Assembly (NCBI GenBank): GCA_044356325.1
Contig: JBIKWJ010000001.1
Location: 1-54,304, forward strand
From: Minisyncoccia bacterium
GTDB taxonomy: Bacteria; Patescibacteriota; Minisyncoccia; SW-4-49-11
Direction of reading: 5' to 3'
DNA: 54,304 bases
The translations under genes and the position numbers were made by a program. The notes beneath the pieces were generated by a model. It did no database searches. It was not told the origin of the DNA and saw only the letters and a program-made list of their open reading frames with translations. This document shows positions 10,938 to 22,271 of this stretch, piece after piece (position 1 is the first letter of the stretch; each line of letters starts with the position of its first letter).

Positions 10938-11846
10938 ATGAGATATAAATATATACTATTATCTATAACTTTACTTATAGTATCTTACTTTGTATTTACT
11001 ACAAATACTCTTGCCCAAGTAACTTATCAATCCTATACTAATTTCCCTGGAGCGGGTAGAATTAGTAATTTGTGTCAACTGATTACTGCTCTTTGGTATC
11101 TTGGATTTGCAACTCTCTTTACTGCGGTACTTGGTATGTTTATATATGGAGGATATATGTATGTAACAGCAGGAGTAAATGCAGGAAAAGTTAATCAAGC
11201 CAAAGAAATCTTTACTAATACCATCACTGGACTCATTATAGGACTTTCTATATTTATTATCATTAATGTTATTAATCCAGGATTATTACAAGGGAATTGT
11301 AGTATTTCCTCCCCTGGAACAGGAGGACAAACTCTGGGAGGACAATCAGGACAATCTGATATTCAACCAAAGCCAGGAGAAAGTGTTTTTCCGATAACTG
11401 GTGTTTATCAATGTCCTGGTCCACGAACAAGCTTTGGTAATGCAAGGGGTAGATTACACGCCGGAGTAGATCTTACTCCTCCCTTAAGTACAGTTTCAGA
11501 TGCTCAAGCCTTACAACTTCCTATATTAGCATTTAGAGACGGTACAGTTAATGAGGTAGGAGGTGGATTTGGAGTTGTTGGGATAGATCATGGCGGTGGA
11601 TTAGAAACCAGATATGTACATAATAGCAAAATATTTGTAACTAAAGGGCAAAAAGTACAAGCTGGACAAGAAATAGCTAAAATGGGTGATGCTGGTAGTC
11701 CAGGAGTGATCCATGCTCACTTTGAAGTATATCAAAACAATAATCCTGTAGATCCAGCACCTGTAATATTTGATTCTGGTAAAAATCCAGACCCATCAAA
11801 AGTTAAAACTACTGGTAGTCCAAAATGTATTGGACAAAATTCATAA
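10938..11846 (+). CDS. CPR-type (VirB2/TrbC-like) pilin domain fused to M23 peptidase
   Basis: IYGGYMYVTAG..AKEIFTNTITGLII..INP pilin signature; HAGVD, TRYVH and HAHFEV M23 motifs. Confidence 0.85.
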   Translation: MRYKYILLSITLLIVSYFVFTTNTLAQVTYQSYTNFPGAGRISNLCQLITALWYLGFATLFTAVLGMFIYGGYMYVTAGVNAGKVNQAKEIFTNTITGLIIGLSIFIIINVINPGLLQGNCSISSPGTGGQTLGGQSGQSDIQPKPGESVFPITGVYQCPGPRTSFGNARGRLHAGVDLTPPLSTVSDAQALQLPILAFRDGTVNEVGGGFGVVGIDHGGGLETRYVHNSKIFVTKGQKVQAGQEIAKMGDAGSPGVIHAHFEVYQNNNPVDPAPVIFDSGKNPDPSKVKTTGSPKCIGQNS

Positions 11847-11917
11847 ATCATTATTTGAATTTTCCCCAAAATCAGCGTATACTATAAAGATAGATTAAAT
11901 GATAGAAAATAGTATAT

Positions 11918-14518
11918 ATGACTTTTTTACAAAAAATATTTGGAGATCCAAATGCAAAAACATTATCCAAAATTCAACCAATTGTAGACCAAATTAATTC
12001 TCTAGAAAATACCTATAAAGATAAATCTGATGAGGAAATAAGAGCAGAAATCACAAGGCTCAAATCAGAAGTACAAGATAAAGGTATTCATCTCGATGAA
12101 GTTCTTGTTCCTACTTTTGCACTTGTAAGAGAAGCTTCTCGCCGTACTCTTGGGCAGAGACATTTTGATGTACAGTTAATTGGAGGTATTGTATTGCATC
12201 AAGGGAAAATTGCTGAAATGAGAACTGGAGAAGGTAAAACCTTAGTAGCTACATTGCCAACGGTACTCAATGCCCTTACAGGACGAGGAGTACATGTGGT
12301 AACAGTAAATGATTATCTTGCAAAGCGAGATGCAGTTTGGATGGGACAAATTTATAACTTTTTAGGTTTATCTCTTGGTATTGTTACAGGAGAGGGAGCA
12401 TATCTCTATACTGAAGTTCCTGCAGAGGATAAGGAGAGAGATGAAAAAGGTTCTTATGAAGTAGAACAAGAATTTTTGATAGAGGTAAGTCGAAAAGAGG
12501 CATATGCTGCTGATATTACCTATGGGACTAATAATGAATTTGGTTTTGATTATTTGCGCGATAATATGGCGACTTCCAAGGAGTCTATGGTACAGCGAGA
12601 ATATTATTTTGCAATAGTTGATGAGGTAGATAGTGTTTTGATTGATGAGGCAAGAACTCCTCTTATTATTTCAGCGCCTGATGTAGAGTCTCCAGCTTTA
12701 TATAAAACATTTGCGAGTCTTGTACCTACTCTCAAGCCAGAAAAAGATTATACCGTAGATGAGAAAATGCGTACCGTGAATATTACAGAATCAGGTATAG
12801 ATAAAGTTGAAAAATCTCTCAATATTACTAATATTTATGAGGAAAAAGGTTTAGCTTTTGTGCATCATTTGGAACAAGCTCTCAAAGCTCAAGCTTTATT
12901 TCATCTTGATAAAGAATATGTAGTAAAGGATGGAGAAATTATTATTGTGGATCAATTCACCGGTCGTATGACTCCAGGACGGCGTTATTCGGAAGGACTA
13001 CATCAGGCTCTTGAGGCGAAAGAAGGAGTTACTATACAACAAGAATCTAAGACCTTGGCAACTATTACCTTACAGAACTATTTCCGTATGTATGATAAGT
13101 TAGCTGGTATGACCGGAACGGCTGTTACCAGTGCTGAGGAATTGCATAAAGTATATAATCTTGATGTGGTCATAATGCCAACCAATAAAGAAATAAAGAG
13201 ACAGGATTTAGCTGATGTAGTCTATAAAAATGAGAAAGCCAAATTCACTGCTATTGCAAAAAAAGTAAAAGAGGTGTCTGAGTTAGGACAACCAGTATTG
13301 CTTGGTACGGCTTCTATTGAAAAAAGCGAAGAGCTTGGTAAGGTTTTTGATAAATTCAAGCTCAAATATACTATTTTGAATGCAAAACAGCATGAGGCAG
13401 AAGGTCTTATCATTGCTGATGCAGGGAAACGTGGAGCTATTACTATTGCAACCAATATGGCAGGGCGAGGAGTCGATATTAAACTGGGAGGAGCCAATGC
13501 TACGGAAGAAGAAAAACAAGCAGTATTAGAGCTTGGAGGATTATATGTGATTGGAAGTGAAAGGCATGAAGCTCGTCGTATTGATAATCAGTTAAGAGGT
13601 CGCTCTGGTCGGCAAGGTGAGGCTGGTATTACTCAATTTTATCTTTCTCTTGACGATGAGATTATGCGGATTTTTGGAGGAGATAGAATTAAGTCTCTGA
13701 TGGAGAGATTCAATTTTCCTGAAGATGAGCCAATTGAAAATGTTCTTATTGCAAAATCTATAGAGGGAGCTCAGACCAAAATTGAAGGGTTTCACTTTGA
13801 TTCTCGTAAACATTTACTCGAATATGATGATGTTATCAATAAACAGCGAGAAATTATCTATAAAAAGAGACGAGACATTCTTTTGAATCAAATAGATATC
13901 AAATCACAAACTTCAGAGTTAATTCGAGAAAATATCTATAAAATTGTATCATTTTACACTACTATTGAAAGTACTCGAGAATGGGATTTGAATGCAATTG
14001 TAGAGGATATTCAAGGACTTATTGGTAATACCATTGATTTTAATTCTACTCTAGAGAATATTCGAGATCAAGAAGGTACTATAGAAACTAAAAAACAAGC
14101 TATTATTGATACCTTAGTAAATACTATTGAGAGTATTCTTTCAAAGCGATTTGAATCAGTTAGTGATGAGCAATATCAGGGAGTATTGAACTCAATATAT
14201 ATTCAAACAATAGATAATCTTTGGATGGAACATCTGGAGGTAATTGATTATCTAAAAACGGGAATTCGACTCCGAGGTTATGCGCAAAGAGATCCTCTTA
14301 TCGAATATAAAAATGAGGCCTTTATGTTATTTGAAAAACTATTAACCTCAATTCGAGATAATTATATCAATACGATTTTGAGAATTGAGCCAACTCCTCA
14401 AACAGCTCAGAATATATCTATTCCAAGCCCTATGGAAGAATCTCTGCCCCGAGTAGGCCGCAATGATCTTTGCCCTTGTGGAAGTGGAAAAAAGTATAAA
14501 AAATGTCACGGTAAATAA
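11918..14518 (+). CDS. secA: Preprotein translocase SecA
   Basis: [46 protein letters not shown] zinc motif. Confidence 0.99.
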   Translation: MTFLQKIFGDPNAKTLSKIQPIVDQINSLENTYKDKSDEEIRAEITRLKSEVQDKGIHLDEVLVPTFALVREASRRTLGQRHFDVQLIGGIVLHQGKIAEMRTGEGKTLVATLPTVLNALTGRGVHVVTVNDYLAKRDAVWMGQIYNFLGLSLGIVTGEGAYLYTEVPAEDKERDEKGSYEVEQEFLIEVSRKEAYAADITYGTNNEFGFDYLRDNMATSKESMVQREYYFAIVDEVDSVLIDEARTPLIISAPDVESPALYKTFASLVPTLKPEKDYTVDEKMRTVNITESGIDKVEKSLNITNIYEEKGLAFVHHLEQALKAQALFHLDKEYVVKDGEIIIVDQFTGRMTPGRRYSEGLHQALEAKEGVTIQQESKTLATITLQNYFRMYDKLAGMTGTAVTSAEELHKVYNLDVVIMPTNKEIKRQDLADVVYKNEKAKFTAIAKKVKEVSELGQPVLLGTASIEKSEELGKVFDKFKLKYTILNAKQHEAEGLIIADAGKRGAITIATNMAGRGVDIKLGGANATEEEKQAVLELGGLYVIGSERHEARRIDNQLRGRSGRQGEAGITQFYLSLDDEIMRIFGGDRIKSLMERFNFPEDEPIENVLIAKSIEGAQTKIEGFHFDSRKHLLEYDDVINKQREIIYKKRRDILLNQIDIKSQTSELIRENIYKIVSFYTTIESTREWDLNAIVEDIQGLIGNTIDFNSTLENIRDQEGTIETKKQAIIDTLVNTIESILSKRFESVSDEQYQGVLNSIYIQTIDNLWMEHLEVIDYLKTGIRLRGYAQRDPLIEYKNEAFMLFEKLLTSIRDNYINTILRIEPTPQTAQNISIPSPMEESLPRVGRNDLCPCGSGKKYKKCHGK

Positions 14519-14533
14519 TATAATATCACAAAT

Positions 14534-15313
14534 ATGAAAAACTGGTTAAATAAAAACCCAAAGCTCATATTCCCAATAGGATTATTCCTATTTCTTGCAA
14601 TAGGAGGCTCATATACATATTTTATTCTCCTTGAGAAGCCAGATAGTAAAGTTACTGATTTCAAATCCTGTGTCGACTCGAATAAGGGTAAAATTCAAGA
14701 AGTAATTCCACCTCGATGCCTATACGATGGTAAAACATATACCGAAGAAGTTGCGACAAAACCAGATGACACGAATCCAAATGGTGAGGGAATAAATCTC
14801 GACCTCCCAGAAATTGAAAAAGCTCCAATTGAAGCTTGGTTAGAGAAAAATAATTATAATCAATATGGTGATAGTATAGATACTATGTATACAGGAGGAA
14901 CTCCATTATTTGATGAGTCTAAGGGAACATATATCAAATTATATGATTATTTACTTAAAAAATATCCAACAAAACCTTGGTTAGCTAATATTGAAATTGT
15001 AAATTTACCCCAAACTGAAGTCAAATCATTTACCACAGTAAAAAAATGGCTCAATTTTACTGACCCTAATTTTGAATTACAATATCCTGATTTTGTACAA
15101 GTAGCTAATCAAAATGGATATCCAGTCAAATTCACTGGTGAAGAGGGATTTGAATTTGTTATTTATGTAGATAGTAAAGCCCCGCAATATGACTCTGGTA
15201 CTTGTGAGAAAAAAGAGGATGTAGATGCCCTGGGAGTATATTTGTGCTATAATAAAACAAAAGCATATCAAGAATTATATCAAAGAATATTAGATTCCTT
15301 TGTGGCTAGATAA
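14534..15313 (+). CDS. Hypothetical membrane-anchored surface protein
   Basis: N-terminal TM helix, FxxC..PPRC module, DTMYTGGTPLFDE motif. Confidence 0.75.
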   Translation: MKNWLNKNPKLIFPIGLFLFLAIGGSYTYFILLEKPDSKVTDFKSCVDSNKGKIQEVIPPRCLYDGKTYTEEVATKPDDTNPNGEGINLDLPEIEKAPIEAWLEKNNYNQYGDSIDTMYTGGTPLFDESKGTYIKLYDYLLKKYPTKPWLANIEIVNLPQTEVKSFTTVKKWLNFTDPNFELQYPDFVQVANQNGYPVKFTGEEGFEFVIYVDSKAPQYDSGTCEKKEDVDALGVYLCYNKTKAYQELYQRILDSFVAR

Positions 15314-15351
15314 ATAAGAAAAGATATTATGTATAAAACTCGTAAGTTAGA
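15265..15351 (+). repeat. 87-bp direct repeat, copy 1
   Basis: Matches 16813-16899 at 84 of 87 positions. Confidence 0.92.
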
Positions 15352-16675
15352 GTTATATGATGTTGCTATCGTTGGTGCAGGAGCGGCTGGGATAATTGCG
15401 GCTGAAGTTCTAGTTAAGAAAGGTCTAAAAGTTTGTGTTTTAGAGGCTCGTGATAGAATTGGGGGGCGCTTAAAAAGTGTCAAAACTAATTCTGGTGCAT
15501 TTGTTGAGCTAGGTGGTCAGTGGCTTGCGATGTCAGGGCAAAAGCGACTCGAAGCACTTGTAAAAAAATATAAATATGAACATTTTATTAATTCAACAAA
15601 AGGATATGTTTTTTCAGAAGATTTGAATGGTTTACAAAAGCTTCCAAAAGGCTCTATTCCTTTATCTTTTGTTGGAAAAATTGATTCTTTGCGGTTTAGA
15701 TATTATCTTTCAAGAAAGATTAAAGATGTAAATCTTGAAACTATAGAAGAACATAAGGAACTTGATCAGATAGATATTCAGAGTTGGTTGAATAATAATC
15801 TATGGACTAAAGATTCAAGAGAATATTGGAGAATTCTTTTTGAGCAGGCACTATGTTGTGAGATTAGTAATGTATCTGTCCTTGAGGGTTTATTGAATTT
15901 AAGCACTATCGGAGATTTTGATTTACTTGAAAAAGCTGACCACTTTTATTTTAATAAGGGTCTTTCAAACCTTTTTTCCAAGATAGTTAAAGATAATGAT
16001 ATAGAAGTTCGCTATAACTCTGAAATCACTCATATCAATCAGGGTCAAGATTCCGTTACTTTGCGCGGAAGTTTTGGTGAGATAAAGTCAAAATTTGCAT
16101 TAGTCGCTGTTCCCCCGCAGGTTTTTTCTCGGATTTCATTTGAACCAAAACTATCTGAAGATTTAGATAAAGTAATTCATTCTTTTCAACAAGGTAATGT
16201 CGTAAAAGTTGTCGCATTTTATAAAGAACCTTGGTGGAGAGACATGGGGAATTCTGGACTAATACAGTCGCAGGTTGGTCCTTTTGATTTTATCATCGAC
16301 TCGTCTTTTCCAAATTTACAAGAAGGGGTTTTAGTGGGGCTTGCTGTAAGTACCTATGCAAAGAAACTCGAAAACTTATCTGACTCTGAAATAAAAGAAA
16401 AATTTATCGAACAGGTAAATAGAACACATAGGGCTTCGTACCAACCAGTAGAGATTCATTGCATGAATTGGATAAATGAAAAATTTACTTTAGGTGGTTA
16501 TTCTTCTCGTCGAAAAATAGGATATTGGTCTTTGTACGGAGATATTCTAGCGCAGCCACAAGCAAGGATTTTCTTTGCCGGAACAGAATCTGCAAGACAG
16601 TGGAGAGGATACGTAGAGGGAGCGCTTGAGTCAGGCGAAAGACAAGCAAATATCATTGCCAAAAAGTTAAAATAA
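15329..16675 (+). CDS. Flavin monoamine oxidase family protein
   Basis: VAIVGAGAAG, LEARDRIGGR, ELGGQW, FAGTE..GYVEGALESG. Confidence 0.93.
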   Translation: MYKTRKLELYDVAIVGAGAAGIIAAEVLVKKGLKVCVLEARDRIGGRLKSVKTNSGAFVELGGQWLAMSGQKRLEALVKKYKYEHFINSTKGYVFSEDLNGLQKLPKGSIPLSFVGKIDSLRFRYYLSRKIKDVNLETIEEHKELDQIDIQSWLNNNLWTKDSREYWRILFEQALCCEISNVSVLEGLLNLSTIGDFDLLEKADHFYFNKGLSNLFSKIVKDNDIEVRYNSEITHINQGQDSVTLRGSFGEIKSKFALVAVPPQVFSRISFEPKLSEDLDKVIHSFQQGNVVKVVAFYKEPWWRDMGNSGLIQSQVGPFDFIIDSSFPNLQEGVLVGLAVSTYAKKLENLSDSEIKEKFIEQVNRTHRASYQPVEIHCMNWINEKFTLGGYSSRRKIGYWSLYGDILAQPQARIFFAGTESARQWRGYVEGALESGERQANIIAKKLK

Positions 16676-16812
16676 ATTTTGATGTATAAATACTAAAAAA
16701 TCGATTTTAAATACAACCTTTTAGATCTAATTATTAAATTTAAAAGCAAGGCTCCTTATACTATAAATATAAATGTTAAATCTCTATATTTATGATATAA
16801 TAGAAATGAACA

Positions 16813-16899
16813 ATATCAAGAATTATATCAAAGAATATTAGATTCCTTTGTGGCTAGATAGATAAGAAGAGATATTATGTATAAAACTCGTAAATTAGA
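16813..16899 (+). repeat. 87-bp direct repeat, copy 2
   Basis: Matches 15265-15351. Confidence 0.92.
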
Positions 16900-18151
16900 T
16901 AATGGACTTACTATAATTGGTATCCCCTTAAAAGATTCCAAAACTACTACTGTCTTAACTTTAGTAGGAGTTGGTTCAAGATATGAGTCTGATACTGAGC
17001 AGGGATTATCTCATTTCTTAGAGCATATGATGTTCAAAGGTACGCAAAAAAGACCTAATGCTAAAATTATTGCCCAGGAATTAGATGGACTTGGGGCCTC
17101 TTATAATGCTTTTACGAGCTACGAGTATACGGGGTATTGGGTAAAAGTAAGAAATCAAAAAAAATATATAGCCCTTGATATTATTGCGGATATTTTTCAA
17201 AATTCTCTTCTTCAAGAAAGCGATATCAAAGTAGAGCGAGGAGCTATTACTGAAGAGCTTAATATGTATTTAGATATGCCAACAAGGCAAATACATAGTG
17301 ATTTTCAGTCTCTCTTGTATGGAGCCACCCCTCTCGGGAGATCAATTATAGGAACACGAGAATCTATACATTCATTTATAAGACCAGATTTTATTGAATA
17401 TGTGTCTCAAAAATATGTAACGGGAAATACCTATATTATTATTGCAGGTGAAGTAGATACAGCAATTATCGATAGAGTAGAGGAGTCTTTTAGGTATGCT
17501 CGTAATCAAAAAGATATACCGACAAGAGATAGTATTACTATTCAGCAAACTAAACCACAAGTTGCAATTAGGAGTAAAAAAACAGATCAAACTCATTTAA
17601 TGCTTGGATTTCATATTCCATCTATTCATAATGAGGAGAGATATATTGCTACTATAGCAAGTACCATATTAGGAGGATATATGAGCTCTCGATTATTTAC
17701 AGAAATTCGAGAAAAGAGGGGATTATCGTATTATATTCGAGCTGATAGTCATCATTTTGATGATACAGGAGTATTTAGTATTAATACTGGTGTTCAAAAT
17801 ACCAAAGTTATTGAGACAGTAAAGCGAATAGTTCAGGAATTACAAAATATGAAAAATTTACCAGTATCAGATAAAGAATTATTAATAGCGAAAGAGCATA
17901 TAAAGGGGCAAACTGTTATGGAATTTGAATCCAGTGACGAGATAGCAGCTATTATTGGTATGAATGAATTATTATTAAAAAAACCATTTGATTTAGATAA
18001 AGAAATGGAATTATATGGAGCAGTTACCAAACAGCAAATTCTTGATTTTCTGCAGCAATACGCTCAATCAGAACATCTCAATTTAGCCCTAATTGGAGAT
18101 ATTTCAGCCTCAGAGAATATCAAATTAGAGAATATACTTGCAAGCTTATGA
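16877..18151 (+). CDS. M16 (pitrilysin) family zinc peptidase
   Basis: HFLEHMMFKGT, NAFTS, SRLFTEIREKRGLSY. Confidence 0.96.
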   Translation: MYKTRKLDNGLTIIGIPLKDSKTTTVLTLVGVGSRYESDTEQGLSHFLEHMMFKGTQKRPNAKIIAQELDGLGASYNAFTSYEYTGYWVKVRNQKKYIALDIIADIFQNSLLQESDIKVERGAITEELNMYLDMPTRQIHSDFQSLLYGATPLGRSIIGTRESIHSFIRPDFIEYVSQKYVTGNTYIIIAGEVDTAIIDRVEESFRYARNQKDIPTRDSITIQQTKPQVAIRSKKTDQTHLMLGFHIPSIHNEERYIATIASTILGGYMSSRLFTEIREKRGLSYYIRADSHHFDDTGVFSINTGVQNTKVIETVKRIVQELQNMKNLPVSDKELLIAKEHIKGQTVMEFESSDEIAAIIGMNELLLKKPFDLDKEMELYGAVTKQQILDFLQQYAQSEHLNLALIGDISASENIKLENILASL

Positions 18152-19302
18152 TATATCTTGATAATCAGTCTAGTACCCCAATTCATCCTGAAGTATTAAA
18201 AACTGTGACTCAAGTTATGCAAGATAATTTTGCAAATCCCCATAGTCAGCATTCAGGAGGGCAACAAGCAATACATAGTATAGATAAAGCCCGCCGCATT
18301 ATTACTGAGTATTTAGGAGTAGAATTCTCAGAACTTATTTTTACCAGTGGAGCTACTGAGAGCAATAATATTGCAATACAGGGAGTAATTTTAAAAGCCT
18401 TACAGACACAAGAGCAAATAGAAATTATCACCACTCCTATAGAACATAGTTCAGTTATAGAGACTATTAAAGCTTTACAAATAGCATACCCAGAGAAAAT
18501 CACCATAAAAACAATTCCTATTGATGAGACTGGTATTGTAAAGGTACAGGATATACAAGCATTATTGACCGAGAATACCGTATTAGTAAGTATTATTCAT
18601 GCTAATAATGAAATCGGAACTATACAACCAATTCGAGATATTGGTAGAATGCTCAAAAAATATAATCCTGAATCCGTATATCCACTTTTTCATTCTGATG
18701 GAGCTCAAGCAATTTGGTCAGAAGACATCAATTTACATTATGCTAATCTTGACCTATATAGTATATCGGGACATAAAATGTATGCTCCCAAAGGTATAGG
18801 AGCCTTATTTATCAAAAAAGATACCCCTATACAAGCAATTACCTATGGGGGTGGGCAAGAATATGCTATGCGACCAGGTACACTTAATACCCCCCTTATT
18901 GTAGGACTTGGGGAGGCATTCCGGCTACTCACTATTCCAGAGCATAAAGAATCATTAAAAAGAGTCAGGGCTCTGAGAGACAATCTTCTAGACAAATTAC
19001 TCGAATTAGAGGGGATATCTTTAAACGGAGATAGAGAAAATCGATTGCCACAAAATATTAATATTGCATTTTTACATAAATCTTCAGATAGTCTTGTGAT
19101 CGCCGCTGATTTAGCTGGGCTTGCTATCTCGGCAGGATCAGCTTGCCATAGTGGGGCCACTCAGGAATCCTATGTTATTCAGGCAATTAGTCCACCTGAA
19201 TCTGATTATGCTACTCATAGTATTCGTATATCCTTATCTCAATATACGAGTAAGGAGGAAATAGAAGAGGCTTATACTATTATCACAAAATCATTAATCT
19301 AA
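18148..19302 (+). CDS. iscS: Cysteine desulfurase (IscS/NifS family)
   Basis: FTSGATESNN, NNEIGTIQP, SGHKMYAPKG, SAGSACHS. Confidence 0.93.
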   Translation: MIYLDNQSSTPIHPEVLKTVTQVMQDNFANPHSQHSGGQQAIHSIDKARRIITEYLGVEFSELIFTSGATESNNIAIQGVILKALQTQEQIEIITTPIEHSSVIETIKALQIAYPEKITIKTIPIDETGIVKVQDIQALLTENTVLVSIIHANNEIGTIQPIRDIGRMLKKYNPESVYPLFHSDGAQAIWSEDINLHYANLDLYSISGHKMYAPKGIGALFIKKDTPIQAITYGGGQEYAMRPGTLNTPLIVGLGEAFRLLTIPEHKESLKRVRALRDNLLDKLLELEGISLNGDRENRLPQNINIAFLHKSSDSLVIAADLAGLAISAGSACHSGATQESYVIQAISPPESDYATHSIRISLSQYTSKEEIEEAYTIITKSLI

Positions 19303-19306
19303 ATAT

Positions 19307-20647
19307 ATGCTCAATATACTCATATCATTACTTATATTTACCCTTCCCTTTGAAATAGTAAAAATATCATTTGGGACTCTCGATATTAGAATACATCAAA
19401 TTCTGCTTGCTCTTATTGTAATTACACTTATACCTCGTTTATTCAAAAAAGAACCAATCTCTACACTTTGGAATAATATAACTTCACTTGATTGGTATTA
19501 TAATAATATCCACTTAGTTTTATTATCAGGAATGTGGCTTATGATTATCATAGGAGGTGTTTTTAATAGGGGAGAAGGGGACTTGAAAGCAGTAATGATT
19601 CGAAATTTGGTATTATTAGGATATATTTTGGTATTTTATATTATATTTAAATATATCAATACTCGAAAACGACTGTACAAAGCTTTAAATTTGATATTTT
19701 TGAGTACGGGGGTATTGATATTAATTGGTTTATATGAGGCAATTGCCTTTCAATTAGGATGGAATAGTTTGCAGGTATTTCCTGGTAGAGTAGATAGTCT
19801 TTTACCAGAGCCAAATTGGTTTGGAATGTGGCTATCTACCATATATGCTATTAGCTTACCTCTAGCTTTTTATGCCAAAAAATCTAAAGAACAATTTGCT
19901 TTATGGTTTTTGATATTAGGAACTGTTTTGATGAGTATTCTCTCAGTCACCAGAGCAAGTTGGCTGGCAATTATTGTAATAACAGCTTTATATATATTGT
20001 ATCAAGCAATATTTGTGAGACAATATATGCAATTAGGAAAATATATTATTATACTTTTTGCTATACTATTTGGAGCTGCAGGTATGTCTCAATTAGGGCT
20101 TACTAATTTTAATCTCAAAGATCGTATTAGCTCTATTATCACCCAAGAGACCACTTATTATTATAAAATTGATGAAAAGACAGGAAAAGAAGTAGCAGTA
20201 AACCCAAAAGAGGTAGATAAAAAATCAGATACAGTTAAAGTTCGCAAAGAATCAGATGTCAATGTATTAAGTCGCAAAGATGGATATATTTATGCAGGAT
20301 ATATTATATATAATAATATTTTTACGGGAGTTGGACTTACTGGATATGAAAATAGGGTAGCAAATGGATATAATACCAATAATATTCTCCTTGCTGTAGC
20401 AGTATCAGGTGGAATTATTGCAATTTCTCTATTTTTATCATTCTTGTATATTATTACCAAACAAGGATTTCTTATCTTAAAGACAGATTCTAAGCTAGCT
20501 ACGATACTATTTGGGAGTTTACTTGCAACATTTATTACAGGAATGTTTAATGATAATTTCTTAATGGGATTTACCTGGTTAATATTTGCTATTGTGGCAG
20601 CTATACCAGAAGTCGTGTGGAGAGAAGAATCTAGTTCAAAGAAATAA
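19307..20647 (+). CDS. O-antigen ligase-like membrane protein
   Basis: Many TM helices, EPNWFG and TRASWLA motifs, large extracytoplasmic loop. Confidence 0.8.
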   Translation: MLNILISLLIFTLPFEIVKISFGTLDIRIHQILLALIVITLIPRLFKKEPISTLWNNITSLDWYYNNIHLVLLSGMWLMIIIGGVFNRGEGDLKAVMIRNLVLLGYILVFYIIFKYINTRKRLYKALNLIFLSTGVLILIGLYEAIAFQLGWNSLQVFPGRVDSLLPEPNWFGMWLSTIYAISLPLAFYAKKSKEQFALWFLILGTVLMSILSVTRASWLAIIVITALYILYQAIFVRQYMQLGKYIIILFAILFGAAGMSQLGLTNFNLKDRISSIITQETTYYYKIDEKTGKEVAVNPKEVDKKSDTVKVRKESDVNVLSRKDGYIYAGYIIYNNIFTGVGLTGYENRVANGYNTNNILLAVAVSGGIIAISLFLSFLYIITKQGFLILKTDSKLATILFGSLLATFITGMFNDNFLMGFTWLIFAIVAAIPEVVWREESSSKK

Positions 20648-20667
20648 TATTATTCATATATATAATT

Positions 20668-20706
20668 ATAAACTCTGTATAGTATCACTGATTATACAGA
20701 GTTTAT
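20668..20706. terminator. Long inverted repeat after the O-antigen ligase gene
   Basis: ATAAACTCTGTATAGT-N7-ATTATACAGAGTTTAT. Confidence 0.5.
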
Positions 20707-20743
20707 AGAAGGGGAGTATTCTCATTTTGTAATAATATCTCAT

Positions 20744-20772
20744 TTGACAATATAATTACAACGGAGTATAAT
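20744..20772 (+). promoter_or_regulatory. Consensus sigma70 promoter upstream of xer, overlapping the dif-like site
   Basis: TTGACA-N17-TATAAT. Confidence 0.75.
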
Positions 20773-20788
20773 CATTATTATACTCCGT
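20761..20788. other. dif-like recombination site
   Basis: ACGGAGTATAA-TCATTA-TTATACTCCGT: perfect 11-6-11 inverted repeat with the ATAA/TTAT inner core, about 370 bp before a Xer gene. Confidence 0.7.
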
Positions 20789-20867
20789 TAGATATACAGA
20801 AAAAAAGATACATAGTTCATTTTATATAATTACCACTCCCCTTTCTTGTGAATTTGTTCTTTTAGAA

Positions 20868-21092
20868 AATTCCCCTCTTGAGGGGTGGACAGCTTCGCTG
20901 GACGGGGTGGAGTAATTCAAAGCTATATTCTATCCACCCTCCCCCTACGGGTACTCCCTCCAAAGGTGTGGACTTAGTTATATCTAAACTATAAGTCCTC
21001 CTCCGTCACCTTCGGCGACACCTCCCCCAAGGGAGGACAGTTATCTTTGTCCCTCGCTGGCGAGGGTGGCGACGAAGTCGACGGGTGTGGAC
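20868..21092. repeat. CCCCTC..GAGGGG-family repeat cluster
   Basis: Four double-hairpin units in alternating orientation. Confidence 0.8.
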
Positions 21093-21161
21093 GGATTCTA
21101 TACCATGTTACTCCAATCAGATCATAGATCTTAACCCTAATACCAATTAAATAGCATATAT

Positions 21162-22205
21162 ATGCCAAGAAGCCAAAAACTGCCCTTATTAGAAGACTTT
21201 TTACTTTTTTTGACTACTAGTAACTATTCAAAGGCTACTATTCATAATTATGAAAGAGATTTATTGATTTTTGAGAAATTTTTGAGCGATAATGATTTTG
21301 AATTCCATAACATTACCAAAAAAACCATAATTATATATCAGGCAGATTTATTAGCTGAAGACAGACAAGTATTCAAAGCTAAATCACAGTATCAAAAAGC
21401 TAAACCCCTAGAACCCAAAACTATAAACCGAATGCTAACCAGTATCAGGTCATATTTTGTTTACCTCATAGACAATGAACACCCATGCCCCTTATTACCT
21501 CAGCAAATCAAATTAATGAAGCTAGGGAAGTACAAACTACATTTACCGGAGTTAGAGACTTTGATTCAATTCATCGAATCACCAAAACAATTAGAATCCA
21601 ATGCATTTATTGGCCTCAGGAATCAAACTGTATTAGAATTAATTTTTGCCTCAGGAATGCGAATTTCTGAAGTTACCCATCTAACCATTGATCAAATTCA
21701 TCAAGATGATTCTAAAATTTTGATAAAAGGCAAGGGTAATAAGCAAAGATTTGTTTATTTAACCCCGCGAGCACATACTATATTAGATGAATATTTGAAA
21801 CAGAGATATGAAATTATCAAACAAGCTCTCCCCTCTCAATATCAAGCAGGGGAGTATATTAATCAATTTAGTTATGTATTTATTACCAAAAAAACTTTTG
21901 ATACCCTCAAAGAACAAATAAAAGATCAAAGTCTCCCCTCTTCCCTACTGAATTCCCATATATCCGAGAATTATCTTCAATCCAAAATCAAATCCTATCG
22001 ATTATTACTCAATATCCCCTACCCTATCTCCGCCCATACCCTCCGACATGGATTTGCAACATACTTAGCTGAATCTGGAGCCAATCCCGCCGCTATCAAA
22101 GTATTACTCGGACATGAGTCTCTCGAGACCACAACCAAATATGTACATGCCTCCGATACCTTTGCCGAAGAAACCCATGAGAATTTCCATCCTCTTAAAA
22201 AGTGA
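21162..22205 (+). CDS. XerC/D-family tyrosine recombinase
   Basis: SGMRISE, KGKGNKQR, HTLRHGFAT, LLGHESLETTTKY. Confidence 0.95.
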   Translation: MPRSQKLPLLEDFLLFLTTSNYSKATIHNYERDLLIFEKFLSDNDFEFHNITKKTIIIYQADLLAEDRQVFKAKSQYQKAKPLEPKTINRMLTSIRSYFVYLIDNEHPCPLLPQQIKLMKLGKYKLHLPELETLIQFIESPKQLESNAFIGLRNQTVLELIFASGMRISEVTHLTIDQIHQDDSKILIKGKGNKQRFVYLTPRAHTILDEYLKQRYEIIKQALPSQYQAGEYINQFSYVFITKKTFDTLKEQIKDQSLPSSLLNSHISENYLQSKIKSYRLLLNIPYPISAHTLRHGFATYLAESGANPAAIKVLLGHESLETTTKYVHASDTFAEETHENFHPLKK

Positions 22206-22206
22206 T

Positions 22207-22246
22207 GTTATCTACTCTTGACAAAATAGAAGAAATGTGCTATAGT
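22207..22246 (+). promoter_or_regulatory. Cassette promoter 1
   Basis: GTTAT-N6-TTGACA-N17-TATAGT with extended -10 TG. Confidence 0.8.
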
Positions 22247-22271
22247 TTTGAAGTTGTCAATGGATCAATCC

